Source: Octopus bimaculoides
Lineage: Eukaryota
Assembly (NCBI RefSeq): GCF_001194135.2
Contig: NC_069000.1
Coordinates: forward strand, 863,307-927,306
Length of the DNA: 64,000 nucleotides
Direction: 5' to 3'
The notes beneath the pieces were generated by a model. That model was not told where the DNA came from. It did not search any database and saw nothing but the letters and a program-made list of their open reading frames with translations. Shown here piece by piece: positions 36,386 to 48,319 of this stretch. Position numbers and translations under genes: made by a program. Within the stretch, counting starts at the first letter, position 1. The number at the start of each line of letters is the position of its first letter.

Positions 36386-37099
36386 ATGCATTTGAGTAAA
36401 TGGAGAGTTAGTGATGACTGGCAGTTCAGAAGGGAGTGAAGTGCAGCAAAATAGTAATAATAATACAGTTAGGAAAGATGAGAGAAATGGAGATGCTGCA
36501 AGAATGTGTGGGGAGAGTGAGAGATGTATGGTGAAATCAACAGGAAGTTGTTCAGAGGTAAGGAGGAGATAATTTGGGACCTTGGAAGGGCAATCAATGT
36601 AAAATGTGAATGGAGAGGGACAATGTTAAGAATGAAAGATGGAGGTCAAGTGAAGTGTTTCTGGGCAGTGAGAAAGATAATTGGTATCACAGAAAAAGAT
36701 GATGATGAAATATATTGTTCTATCTTCATTTGGTTAGAGCAGTATACTTGTACTACAGGTAGGATGTACAAGGAATTAGTTATATCAGTGTTAGAGAAAT
36801 GAAAGGCTGGTGGAAAAGCTTGACAAGCAAATTGGGTGAGAGGAGGCCCCTTTTGCTGAGATGAGCTGCTCTTCTCAAGCATCATATATCACCAGTCATT
36901 CCGGTCCTTAGCCATTTCCTCCATGAAGTTCAGTCCTGGAATCAGACTTCACTTCGTTGCCACATGTCTTCTTCACTTTTACCCTCTTTCACAAACTCCA
37001 TTCATATTAAGGGATTGGCACTTCTTTATACAGTTGCCCAGATCCATATACATCACAGCCATTCCAACATGACACACCACATCTGATTCTTCCTGTCCT

Positions 37100-37435
37100 T
37101 CATCTTTTACTTGTTTCAATCAGTACATTGTGGCCATGCTGGGGCACTGTCTTGAAGAAATTTTTAGTTGAATCAATTGACACCAGTACCTTTTTTTAAA
37201 TCTGGTACTTATTCTATTGATCTCTTTTGCTGAATCACTAAGTTATAGGGACGTAAACTTACTAACGCCGGTTGTCAAGCGGTAGTGGGGGACTAACACA
37301 CACATAGGGTTTGTTACAGTTTCTGTCGACCAAATCCACTCACGTGGCTTTAGTCGGCCCGAAGTTATAGTAAGGTGTCACGCAGTGGTACTGAACCCAG
37401 AACCCACGCGGTTTAGAAGCAAACCTCTTACCCTA
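37100..37435 (-). mobile_element. Near full-length tRNA-derived SINE
   Basis: tRNA-like head (CTGAACCCAGAACC...CTTACC on +) and the recurrent TTTTACTTGTTTCA...GGCCATGCTGGGGCAC tail also seen at about 9475, 14825, 39965, 41170 and 47340. Confidence 0.7.
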
Positions 37436-38229
37436 TCCTTTTTCACAATACATTTATACTTCACTGTTGAGGCGAACTGACGTTGCCCATTTAACACATC
37501 CAATGCTGGCTGCATTTCTTTTAGTCAGTTCGTGTCCTCATCTTTCACAGCCCTCGTTTCACTATCACTGAGCCCTGCAGTTTGTACACGAGCATCATAT
37601 AATCTCAGAAACCTTTTGTAGCCAACAGTGGTAATAACTCTTTGAATATTCTCCAACCTATTCTTATTCCTCTAACGTTAATTAAATCACCTAGGTAACA
37701 AACCATCTACAACCTCTAGGGAGTCTTTTGAACCATTGAGAAAATTTATTCTCCGTACGTTTTTTTGTGTTTATTGATCCTGCGCATTTGCCGCATATAA
37801 AGTCTTTTTTCTTTGTTAACTTGATGATTCAATTGTACCCAGAGTTTGTACCGAGTACACAGCATGGAATTTACTCAAACAGTAGTTTCATATGACACCG
37901 TTTCTTTTCTTTTCTTTTTTTTTGCAGTGATAGTTGTCATATAATAGAATTCGTTGCACAGCATTTATAATTTATGAAGTATATGGAACGAATAAATGGA
38001 CAAATATATTTTTTAAAAAATGAAAAAACAAGTAACTCCCCTAATCATGGGAGACTAAAGGAAACTAGATATTTGTTCAGCCGGACCATAAATTCCAGCT
38101 TGGACATGTATTTCACTGAACACCGGTTATTTTTTTTTTTATTTAAATGGCGGTTGCTTTAAAGTTATCTTCATCGCCCATTGATTCTAATTTTTAAGAA
38201 AACGGTACAAATAAACCAACAAAACAAAA

Positions 38230-38569
38230 AAGGAAAATAACAAACTTGATCGATTTGCCTAATCGCCGCAGAACATATTTCAGACTCGGTGGTTGTAGAC
38301 AGGAGACGTTGTTGGCGCGTGTTTGACGGTGTCCGAGGAGAGCGCGACGTCGTTTGAATCACTTGAACGTGTCTCCGCATGTCTCGCTGCTGGAGAAACA
38401 ACAGCCAACAGACACCACAATACACCTTTCTCTGCCTCATAAACGCTCGATTTCTTACTTCACTCTGTCTCTCTGTCTTTATGTTTATCTATTAAACACC
38501 AGCTGACTACTCGTTTGTTGCATTCCTAGACCGATGCTGGCTGCCAACCATTGTCTTATATAGAATCAG
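38230..38569. promoter_or_regulatory. CpG-rich segment; candidate CEP152 promoter / non-coding first exon (donor at 38570)
   Basis: Sharp CpG enrichment against AT-rich flanks; CAG|GTAAAA donor; the first coding exon of CEP152 has an acceptor at 43651 and so needs an upstream exon. Confidence 0.35.
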
Positions 38570-40500
38570 GTAAAATCGCTTATATTACTTCCTACTTACA
38601 GCCCTGGCTGATGAACATGTTTGACACAATAGTTTTCGGTTGGTGGTGGGGAACAACTTTTAATCTTGTCCCAGCTTGTAATGCAAATCAGAACAGAAAA
38701 AAGGGGAAAACAAACAAACTTCTTTTACTTTTATTCTCGTTTTTTTTTTTTTCATCTGGTTTCCAAAGTTTGTTCTGATAAAAGAAATTAATGTATTTGG
38801 CTATTTGATGTCTGGAAAATAACACATTCTTCTTTCATCCACTGGGAGTCTTCTTCTTTCTCTCTTTTTCTTGTAAACCTTTCCTGGATTACTTTTATTT
38901 CGATATTCTGTGTTGATGGGTTTACAGTCGGATTGGTTTTATAATGGACATGGTACGTAGACGAAACTTACAATTTCTGGTTGTATATATTTGAATTGAA
39001 TTCGATTATATTTATCTTTTCTCATTTTCTCTCAGTAATTCTTGCTCCATAAAATGTTGGCACCAACTATTTCGTTCAAAATAATCAAATTCAACGACTG
39101 TCATTGTTCTTGTTATAAATCGATATTGTTATAACCAGTAACTGCGAACGCGATGTTTGATGTCTCCACGTATTTTTACCTCATTGCTTTCAAACCAATG
39201 TGGATAGTTTCCACGCAATTTTGTTGATTATTCCAACTCCTGATTGAGTGACCCTATGATCAAAGCAGGGTGAGATTTGAGGGATATTTTGCTGCTTTTT
39301 CTGAGACCCGACATAGCCTTGTCTCTCAAATCACACTACCCTTTAAAACTACGGGACATCGAATAATGTAACTCTAGCTCTTCACTGTTACTGAAAAGGA
39401 GACGAGGTTGTCACGGTTGGAAAGCTTTTGATTATAGATCTATTCAGTCAGGGTTGAGCAGTAACATCAACAAACAACCCATTTGTTTTCGAGCCAACCA
39501 GGGATCCTCTTTGAGGTCGCCTGACCTGCTAGACATAGCAGCTACCTCGACTAATGCCCAAAAGAAGGGTAGAACATAAGGTCTGCTCCGTCATCAGGAT
39601 TGACTTGGGAGCTAAACAACTGTTTTACGACTCGGGGTCTGTTATTTGGTCTTTGAGAAAATATTTAAACTGTGTTCGATTCAACTTCATGGAAATGTAG
39701 CAGTTGATCGATTGATTGATTCAAAATCACGTCACCCGAAGGAGCTGTTTCTATATGGTCGGTCGGCCTGTTAGAAAAAGCAGCCAAATTATTTTCGACC
39801 GTACTCTATCTTCTTAAGAACACAATCTGGGTAACAGTCTTGGCTATATTGTCAGGCAAAAAAAAATAAAACAAAGATGGAATGGTCATGACTGGAACAC
39901 TTGATAAGTCGGGCCGCAAACAACGTAGCATCACCAATACCATCCGGTGAGTTCCTCACAATTTTATCTTTTACTTGCTTCAGTCATTAGACTGCGGCCA
40001 TGCTAGGGCATCGCCTTGAAGAATTTTTGTCGAAGGAATCCACATTCTGTTTAACCCCATACAGGCATGAAAAAGTGGATGTGGACATTTGATGATGATG
40101 ATGGCAGTTATTGTTTAGTTCCAAATGCATTGTGTATCTAGTACTGCATTATTCAATGTCTTCACTTTTTTAAGGCAGCCGAGTGTATTTGAATGAGATT
40201 TGTGTGTTGTGTATGTATGGAGGAGGGGGTGGGTAGATGTAATACGATATGATTCCCAGGATATGCTGCTAATATTTTTAGCCATTCAGTTTCTTTGTAA
40301 TATGATGGAGGTGTCTGCTTTTGGCTGCATCAAATATTGATGATTTGATCAATGGAGGATCGATTTATTAAAGGGTGGTGGACAACTTATACTCAGATTT
40401 AAAGTGAGACAGGTTCCCGTCTTCTCTCTCTCTCTCTCTCTCTCTACATACACACACACGCATATATATGTGTGTGTGCGTGTATATCTATCTATCTATC

Positions 40501-40565
<65 letters not shown>

Positions 40566-40778
40566 TATGAACGATAGTGGTGTCAGTTACACCCAGATGT
40601 TTCAGGTAATGCTGAGTAAGTGCTATGGATAGACCACAGTTAAGCTCCAGGTTTGGTAATTATGCGAATAAGGGGTCCAACTTAGGTCATATATCAGCGT
40701 GTGAATATAAGGATTTACTTTTTGTAATGAGATAAAAATCCAAGGCTGTGTAGATATTAGAACATTTATAAATAGGAG

Positions 40779-40813
40779 GTCTTACAGCTGTTTCCAGGAT
40801 ATTCATTGGAGAC
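40779..40813 (-). mobile_element. Decayed minimal hammerhead within a Penelope-like relic (about 40560-40950)
   Basis: Minus strand GTCT-CCAATGA-...-GAAAC-AGCT-GT-A-AGAC: stem I, palindromic stem III and GUA triplet are retained; the core and stem II are broken. Confidence 0.4.
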
Positions 40814-41879
40814 GGTGTGAGAGGACGGTTAAGCAATAGTTAATTTAGATAAGATAGGAAATAGAGAGTGAATTGGAGGAACGAAAATAGATGTGAGATA
40901 TGCAGGGATATTGTATTTGTAAATCCAGTCCTGCATAGGACTGCCATGTTAATACTTTTTAACCCCAGGAAAATATATAAGATCATCATACACTATACAT
41001 ACACGTGTGTGTCTTTTATTCCCACTGGCACCACTTGACAACTTAGCAGTTCAACAAAAAGGGACAACAGAATATGTACCAGGCTTCAAAAATAGATCCT
41101 AGAAACAATTTGTTCCACCAAAACCCTTCAAAACGGTGCTCCAGCATGACCACGGTCCAATGACTGAAACATGTAAAAGGTAAAAGATGTACATATGTAC
41201 AGGGGCAAGCAGGGACATGCCCGGGGCACAATTCTGGCCAAGATCCTTTTCTAATTAAGCCATTTCTATGTGAGTTTCCACTCTTTGGTTGAGGGTGGGG
41301 GCACAGTTTTGATGCTTGCCCTCGGCACCATTTACCCTAGCTGTAGAAAATCTGCCTCAACAATCTCCATCTAACTGATGCGAGCATAGAAAATGGACGT
41401 TAACACGACAATGATGGTGGAGGTGGTGAAGCAGCAGCGGTCCTGGAGAGGTTCTTTTGTTTAATTTGATAGTTTTATTGTTCTGTTGGTTGTTCAAGTT
41501 GCTTCCCCAAAGACGGAGCAGTGGTAGGGTTAGGGTGGGCCAGCTGTTTAGCATCTGGTCAAGCTTAACTCTGAATATCCAAGTAAAACATTCGCAGATA
41601 ACAGAATATTTCGGAAGGAATCGGTCACCCAACACAAGTCTTCAGGTTGGTCTCAGTCCAGTCTCTACGCACCCGCCATCAGCATGCATAGTCTTCGTGG
41701 TATCCTTGTCCACCCCTTCCTCCGACAGTCAACGTGTTTCCAGCCATGGCCACCTTGCCTTATTTTCAGACAATCCATCCAGGATTACATTATCCAATGT
41801 GACCATCTTTGTGCTTTTTTTTCTTTATATTTTTTAACAATATGGCTGGGTGTCGTATGAGGGAAATTTGGCTGCTCTA

Positions 41880-42134
41880 TCTAGAGGTTGTGGTGGTACA
41901 TTATTTACATTTGACAGATATTTGTCCTCATCTTGTTTGTTGTTAACACAACATTTCAGCTGATATACCCTCCAGCCTTCATCAGGTGTCTTGGGGAAAT
42001 TTCGAACCTGGGTTCTCATTCCTAAGGTATTTTTCGATGTTGTTGTTGTTGTTATTCAGGTCACAGCCTGGAATCAAACTCAGAATCTTGGGGTTAGTAG
42101 CCTGTGCTCTTAACCACTATGCCATATGCCCGTG
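41880..42134 (-). mobile_element. tRNA-headed SINE carrying a minimal hammerhead motif (41946-41989)
   Basis: Head GGGCATATGGCATAGTGGTTAAGAGC...GAGTTTGATTCC (A and B boxes), (AAC)n spacer, then ACAC-CTGATGA-A-GGCTG(10 nt)CAGCT-GAAA-TG-TT-GTGT. Confidence 0.7.
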
Positions 42135-43461
42135 ATGTAGAATGAGTAAACCCATAAAGTTAAATAGAAATAGGAAGTATTTTATAATCTATGTCCATCA
42201 AAGGTTCCCAACCATTTCCCAATTAGGGACCCTCTTCATTCCTATTTTATTCAGGTGAACCCTCATAACCATTCCATGTTTAAAGAATCCTTTTATATAT
42301 TTATAATTAAATATTATTAGGAATTGCATAAAAATAATTATTAGAATATGTTGTGCTTTGTAGGAGTTGATTGTAGATAAATTTTAACATGGAAATCTTA
42401 TATGGGACCCCTAAGGGTCACAAAGACCCTGATTCAGAAGCACTGAAAGAAGAAGAGACCTTCTTCTTTACTCTCTCTCTTTCCATCATCCCTTATGCTT
42501 TCTCTAACTCTCTCTTTCTCTCTCCTCTAACTTCTTTTCCCTCTTCAGACCCCCTTAACATTCTCTTCCTCTTCTCTCCCCCTTCCCTGAAAGAATAGAG
42601 AGAGATCACACAAGTATTCACCCCAGGTTGCTCCTAATCTGANNNNNNNNNNNNNNNNNNNNNNNNNNNNNNNNNNNNNNNNNNNNNNNNNNNNNNNNNN
42701 NNNNNNNNNNNNNNNNNNNNNNNNNNNNNNNNNNNNNNNNNNNNNNNNNNNNNNNNNNNNNNNNNNNNNNNNNNNNNNNNNNNNNNNNNNNNNNNNNNNN
42801 NNNNNNNNNNNNNCTCATCCTTCATTCCTCTCCCTCACACCTGTTTTCACCAACAATCATCAACATACCCCTCTCCCTACCTCACTTTTATAAACTTCCC
42901 CCTTCTTCCCCCTCCCCCCGCTGTTCCAAATTCCACAACTCCCCTCCCCTCCCACTCTACCTTACTTTGCTACAAGTTTTCACATGAACTGGAATATATC
43001 TGCCACCTGTCTGTCTTTCATTCCAGAACCACCATTTAATTTAAAGCATACCACCACCACCTCTCTCCTGCACACATAAACACACACACTCCCACTACAG
43101 ACACATTTTGTCCTGCCTGTTCACCTTGCGAAATGTGTGTGTGTGTGCGTTTGTGTGTGTGGTGCTCACATCCATTCACGCCCAGGCATGGCTTTGTAGT
43201 TAAGAAGCTCGCTTTGTATTCAAGTGGTTCTGGGTTCAGTCCCACCACATGACACCTTTGGCAAGTATCTTCTACTAAGAGATGCATGCATGCACATGTG
43301 TTTGTGTGACTACACTTCCCTGGTTTTTGAAGAACTGTAGAATAAAAGATTCCTTCCTTGAAAAACAAGGAATGGTTAGTGACTGGAAGAAGAACATCTG
43401 GCTGTGAAATCCTGTTCCCATCCAATCTATTCTGGCGTAAAGAAACATGTCAAATGAATGA

Positions 43462-43499
<38 letters not shown>

Positions 43500-43689
43500 C
43501 TGGTAATTTCGTAGATGTCTGAAATTTTTCTCTTCTTTCTAAACAGAGTTTCAGCCATGCCAACATGCCAGAATCTGTAACCACAATGCAACCATTTCCC
43601 GTCCAGCTTTGCAGCATCCCTTAAAACCCTGCAAGTCAAATGCTTTAATAGGTTCAAAGACGTTTGTTGGTGGCAGTGTAGGGGCAGGC

Positions 43690-43812
43690 ATGAACACCAC
43701 AACGAGCATTAATTTTGATGCAGCGGCCCTTCAGTCGCAGGATGAAGCGGAATACCAGAAGGAGGAGCAGCAACAACAGGAAGAAGTGAGTTACACCTTG
43801 TTTCTTTCCTTA

Positions 43813-43852
<40 letters not shown>

Positions 43853-45644
43853 CTGTCTCTCATCCTTTCTCCCTCTCTCTCAATTTCTTCTCCTCTCCCC
43901 TCTTTCCTTTCTCTCTCCCTCTCTTATGAACCTTATGGTTCATAGTTTCTTTCCCCTTTACTTCACTGGTGTCAGAGGCTGGGGAAAGGTCATGAACCTT
44001 GACTTTTGTTACTTTGACTAAGCCTTAAAAAAAAACAAAAACAATTACATCTTTAAAAAATAAAGACATGGAATAATAATTACAGGTAAAAAATTAATTA
44101 TCTGAATGGTCATGGCTAGAATGAAAACGAACCAATGAAGGAGCCTCCATGCTGTTGCTCAATTTGCTAGAAATAGGAGCCAAATTCCCTTACCATCTTA
44201 GAAAAGAAAACAGAGGATAATATATAATGAGAAAAAGACAGGAAGGTCATGGCTGGAATCGTTTTGGTGAAGAGTGGTTTGTTTGTTAAGACTGACCAAC
44301 AATAGCATTGTCTGAAAAGTCACAAATGAAGGTTACCTCTATGTGGTTGGTCAAGCTGCTAAAAATAACAGTCAATATGGCTAGACTCCTTTTGATCTGT
44401 GGGCATCTGTTCATTCAGGAACTTCATAGAGAATAACAACAACAACAACAATTTGCTGTAAACTGTTTTATTTGTTTATTTGTTTATTTCTGTTTGTTTT
44501 ATTTTTGCCTTTTTAGCTTCGACAACTTCTGTCGAATGCACTTGATGACATAACTGAGGATGGTTTATCTGTGTCTTCCAATGACGATGATGAAGATGAT
44601 GAGGATGATGGAGGTGGCGAAGCAACAGAACACAGGAGACAAAGTCGGAAAAAACGAAGGTATGCTGCTGTCTTGTGGTGATGGTCATGGCGACAGTTTT
44701 GTGTGCTTGTGTGTGTTTGCCCCTTTGCTTTGACATCATGGGATAGTTGTAAAAATGGGGCCCTTACCATCAACCAGGCTTTGTTGTTTGTTTCTAGTCT
44801 TTTGTGAAAAACGTGTTTACCTTGCTTAGAAACAGGTGCTCGAGCACAGGTATTTTATGCATGGCCCCAGCACACATGCTTTTTTACGTGGAACCAGTAT
44901 GGGTGCTTTTTTTCTCCTGTGACACCAGCACTGTACATATAGCCACAAGCAAACCTTGCTCGTTTTGGCCCTTGCTCCTTTCATTCAGCTAAAGGGAGAG
45001 AGAGCTTCACCAATACTCGTTTTGGATACATTTCAGCTGAACAGAGTGAAGGCACATGAAATGAAGTAACTTGCTGAAGGACACAATGTGTTGCATGGCC
45101 TAGGAATTGAAACCATGACTTTATGATAGTGAACTGAACACCCTAACCATTAGGCCATGTGCCTTTTGCATGGAAGAATTAGAGTCAGGAATGGTCACAT
45201 GAACATTGTTACTTTATCCACAAGAAGATAAAGATGAATTTTGAGACTGGGTTTGTTCTTCATTGTCTCAGCTGACTCCGTCTTTCTCTCTCACTCACTC
45301 ACACACACACACGCGCACAAGAATTCTGTTACTGCTGTGAAATGGTGGGATTGAATATACAAAATATGACAACGACCAGCTTGATGAGTTTTCCTACCTA
45401 ATTATGACAAAACCAAACTATGTTTATTCCTGGCACCAAAACTGATCACTTGATTCTCTGCAGGTTGGAACGTGTGCAGCCACAAGTCAGCTTTGTATGC
45501 CTTTTGGCTCATATTGCATGTTGCATATAAACTGCACTACTTACAGTTAATATTTGATCCATTTAATGTGTTTGTTTGTTTGTTTTCTGAAACTACAAAA
45601 CCTCACACACACAGAGTAAACAACATCTGACTTTGATTTCTGTT

Positions 45645-45681
<37 letters not shown>

Positions 45682-46692
45682 TCATGACATGCAACGTCTC
45701 ACCTGCTTCAATACCGAACTCTTTTAAACCCAACACGTTCTCCTCTGGGACTCTCATCATTCCATCAATGTAAATGACTTACCCCTCCCACCAAATTACT
45801 AGCCTTATGCCAGAATATGAAACCATTATCATTGCCTTCACCTTAGTGAGGGTGGGGGTATTGTTTTTAGTCACGTTTGTTTGTCTGTCCATGGACAAGA
45901 CATCTCAAGAACCACTGGATGGATTCAGATGAAACTTTCAGGAATGTTTAGCCTCATGACTGGCATGAACTGATTAGATTTTGGAATTGATCCGGTACCA
46001 GACAAGGATTCTGGATTATTTTTCCTGTTCTTTTACTTAATTTTTGAGAGTAGTCGGGTTCATTTTTGTATTCTTATTTGTGAGAGCAGTCGAAGTTTAT
46101 TTCAGATATTCTCATTTAAAAAAAATCATCTCCAGCTAATCATTGAAAGGACGTTGGTGTTGCCTTGGCAGAGGTTTGCACTCTCTGAGTGCTCTTATCA
46201 TTATTATTATTATTATTATTATTGTTACTACTTTTGTGTATTTTTCTAAATGTTTGATTATTTTAATTAATTATTTATTTCTTCGTTTAAATTCCAATAT
46301 TTTCATCTAGCTTGAATGGCAGCTTTGAACACCGTAACTCAATGCTTTCGTCTCATACGTTTCCTGGAGCCAGGACGAAATTACCAGATGCTTGCAGCCA
46401 ACAACACACTGAAACCATGACCATTCCACTTGGAAGCAGTGGTCAGATGCCTGTTGACCAGCATTGTCGACAGCGGCCAGAAGTGTCCTCCCAACAAACC
46501 CCATCTATGTACTACCCCCAGTTCCACTACCTTTACTCAATTGCCACCGATAAAGACACTCCAATAATGACAGCCACTTCAAACAACTATGAGCAGCAGC
46601 AGCAACAACCAACGCATCCAATGTTCCACCAGGCACACCAGCATCACTTTGGGTTGATCCCTACTTCATCAGTGGCACACGAGGCTGCTTGC

Positions 46693-46723
<31 letters not shown>

Positions 46724-48288
46724 CGGTGGATGCTAATCACTGGTTGGATCCCCACGAAGAGATTTATTACAGGGAAAATTATGGCACGGACCCCGTAGCC
46801 AGGCAGGACTTCTACCAACACCACCAACATCATCCTGTTGTCTTACCCCATGATGGAACTAATTTCGCTCCCAGGCATATTTCACCGCATCAAACAAATG
46901 GTAATACAACACTACTGATTTCCTTTCTTGTTCAAACTCGTTCTCTCTCGTCTCCGCCTCCACCTTCTCCAATTCAGAGTCAAATATTTGCTGTAGAAGG
47001 CGACAGTTGATTGATAGAATTGATAAGAGTGTCGGCACTAATACCTTGTGGTCAGTGGTGGACTGGCCAGGTGGCCAGCTTGCCCGAATGCATGTGGGCC
47101 CATATATGGGGCCCATGTTAGTGCCATACATGAGCTCACTCCCTCCCTCTAATCAGTGTTGTCTAAACAGTTGCATGGTCTACCACACATCAGGTGTCAA
47201 AGTGATCTTGACAACTGGTGGTGGTTTGTTTACATCCCTGTAACTTAGCAGTTTGGCAAAAGGGACTGATTGAATTTAAAAAATAACAATAAGTACTGGA
47301 GCTAATTCATTCAGCTAAAAATTCTTCAGGGCAATGCCCCAGCATGGCCGCAGTCTAATGACTGAAAGAAGCAAAAGATAAAAGGTGTATATATATATAT
47401 CTGTAAGTCTTTCTGTTTGTTTTGTTTCAGGTGAAATCCATCCTCAAACCCCACAACACCGAGCTGCAGTTCTTGAAAACTCTTCGGTCAACAATAAAAT
47501 GGGTTTCGATGCCATTCACAGCCGGCAAGCTGCAGCCCAGAGCAATGGCTACACACTTCCGACTGAAGCAGAGAAGCCAGCTGTGAGTTGGGACCAGCTC
47601 AACGGGTACAAGGTGCAGTATCGCAAACCTACAGATGGAGGGACAAACGCATTCCAGACAGAAACAGCCTTAAGTAGGGAATCAAGCCCACACAAACAAG
47701 AGGACTTTGTTCATATAGGTCAGTTTAGATATATATCATCATCATCAAGTATCCATTTCCATGCTGTCATAGACTTTACGATTTGACAGGGGCTGGGTAG
47801 GCTGAAGACATCACTGGGCTTCGCTGTCTGTTTTGGCAGGGTTTTTACAGTTGGATGCCCTTCCTAACACCAACCTCCATACAGAGAGGACTAACTGCTT
47901 TTCACGTGGCACCAGCATTGGCAAGGCCTGTTTCGGCATGGTTTATATATACATAAATATTGTAGTCTCACATGTTCACAACACTCTCCTTTCTATAAAT
48001 TTGACTTTGGTTTTATTACTAAGTACCAGTCAAGCACTGGGGTTCACAAAATCAACCAGCACCCCCCCCCCACTTCAAAATTCCAGGCTTTGTGCATCAT
48101 CATCATCATTGTCATTAAGGTGGTGAGCTGACAGAATCATTAGCCCACTGGACAAAATGCTGCTGTGCATTGTGTCCATTTTTACATTCTGAGGTCAACT
48201 TTGCCTCTCATCTTTTCAGGGTCAATGCAATTGACTTACCCCTCCCCTCAAAGTACTGGCCTTGTGCCAAAATTTGAAACCATTATTA

Positions 48289-48319
<31 letters not shown>

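Noticed and set aside
41560-41650. CTGAAGA...GAAA hammerhead-like string on the minus strand
   Set aside because: Stems I and II do not pair.
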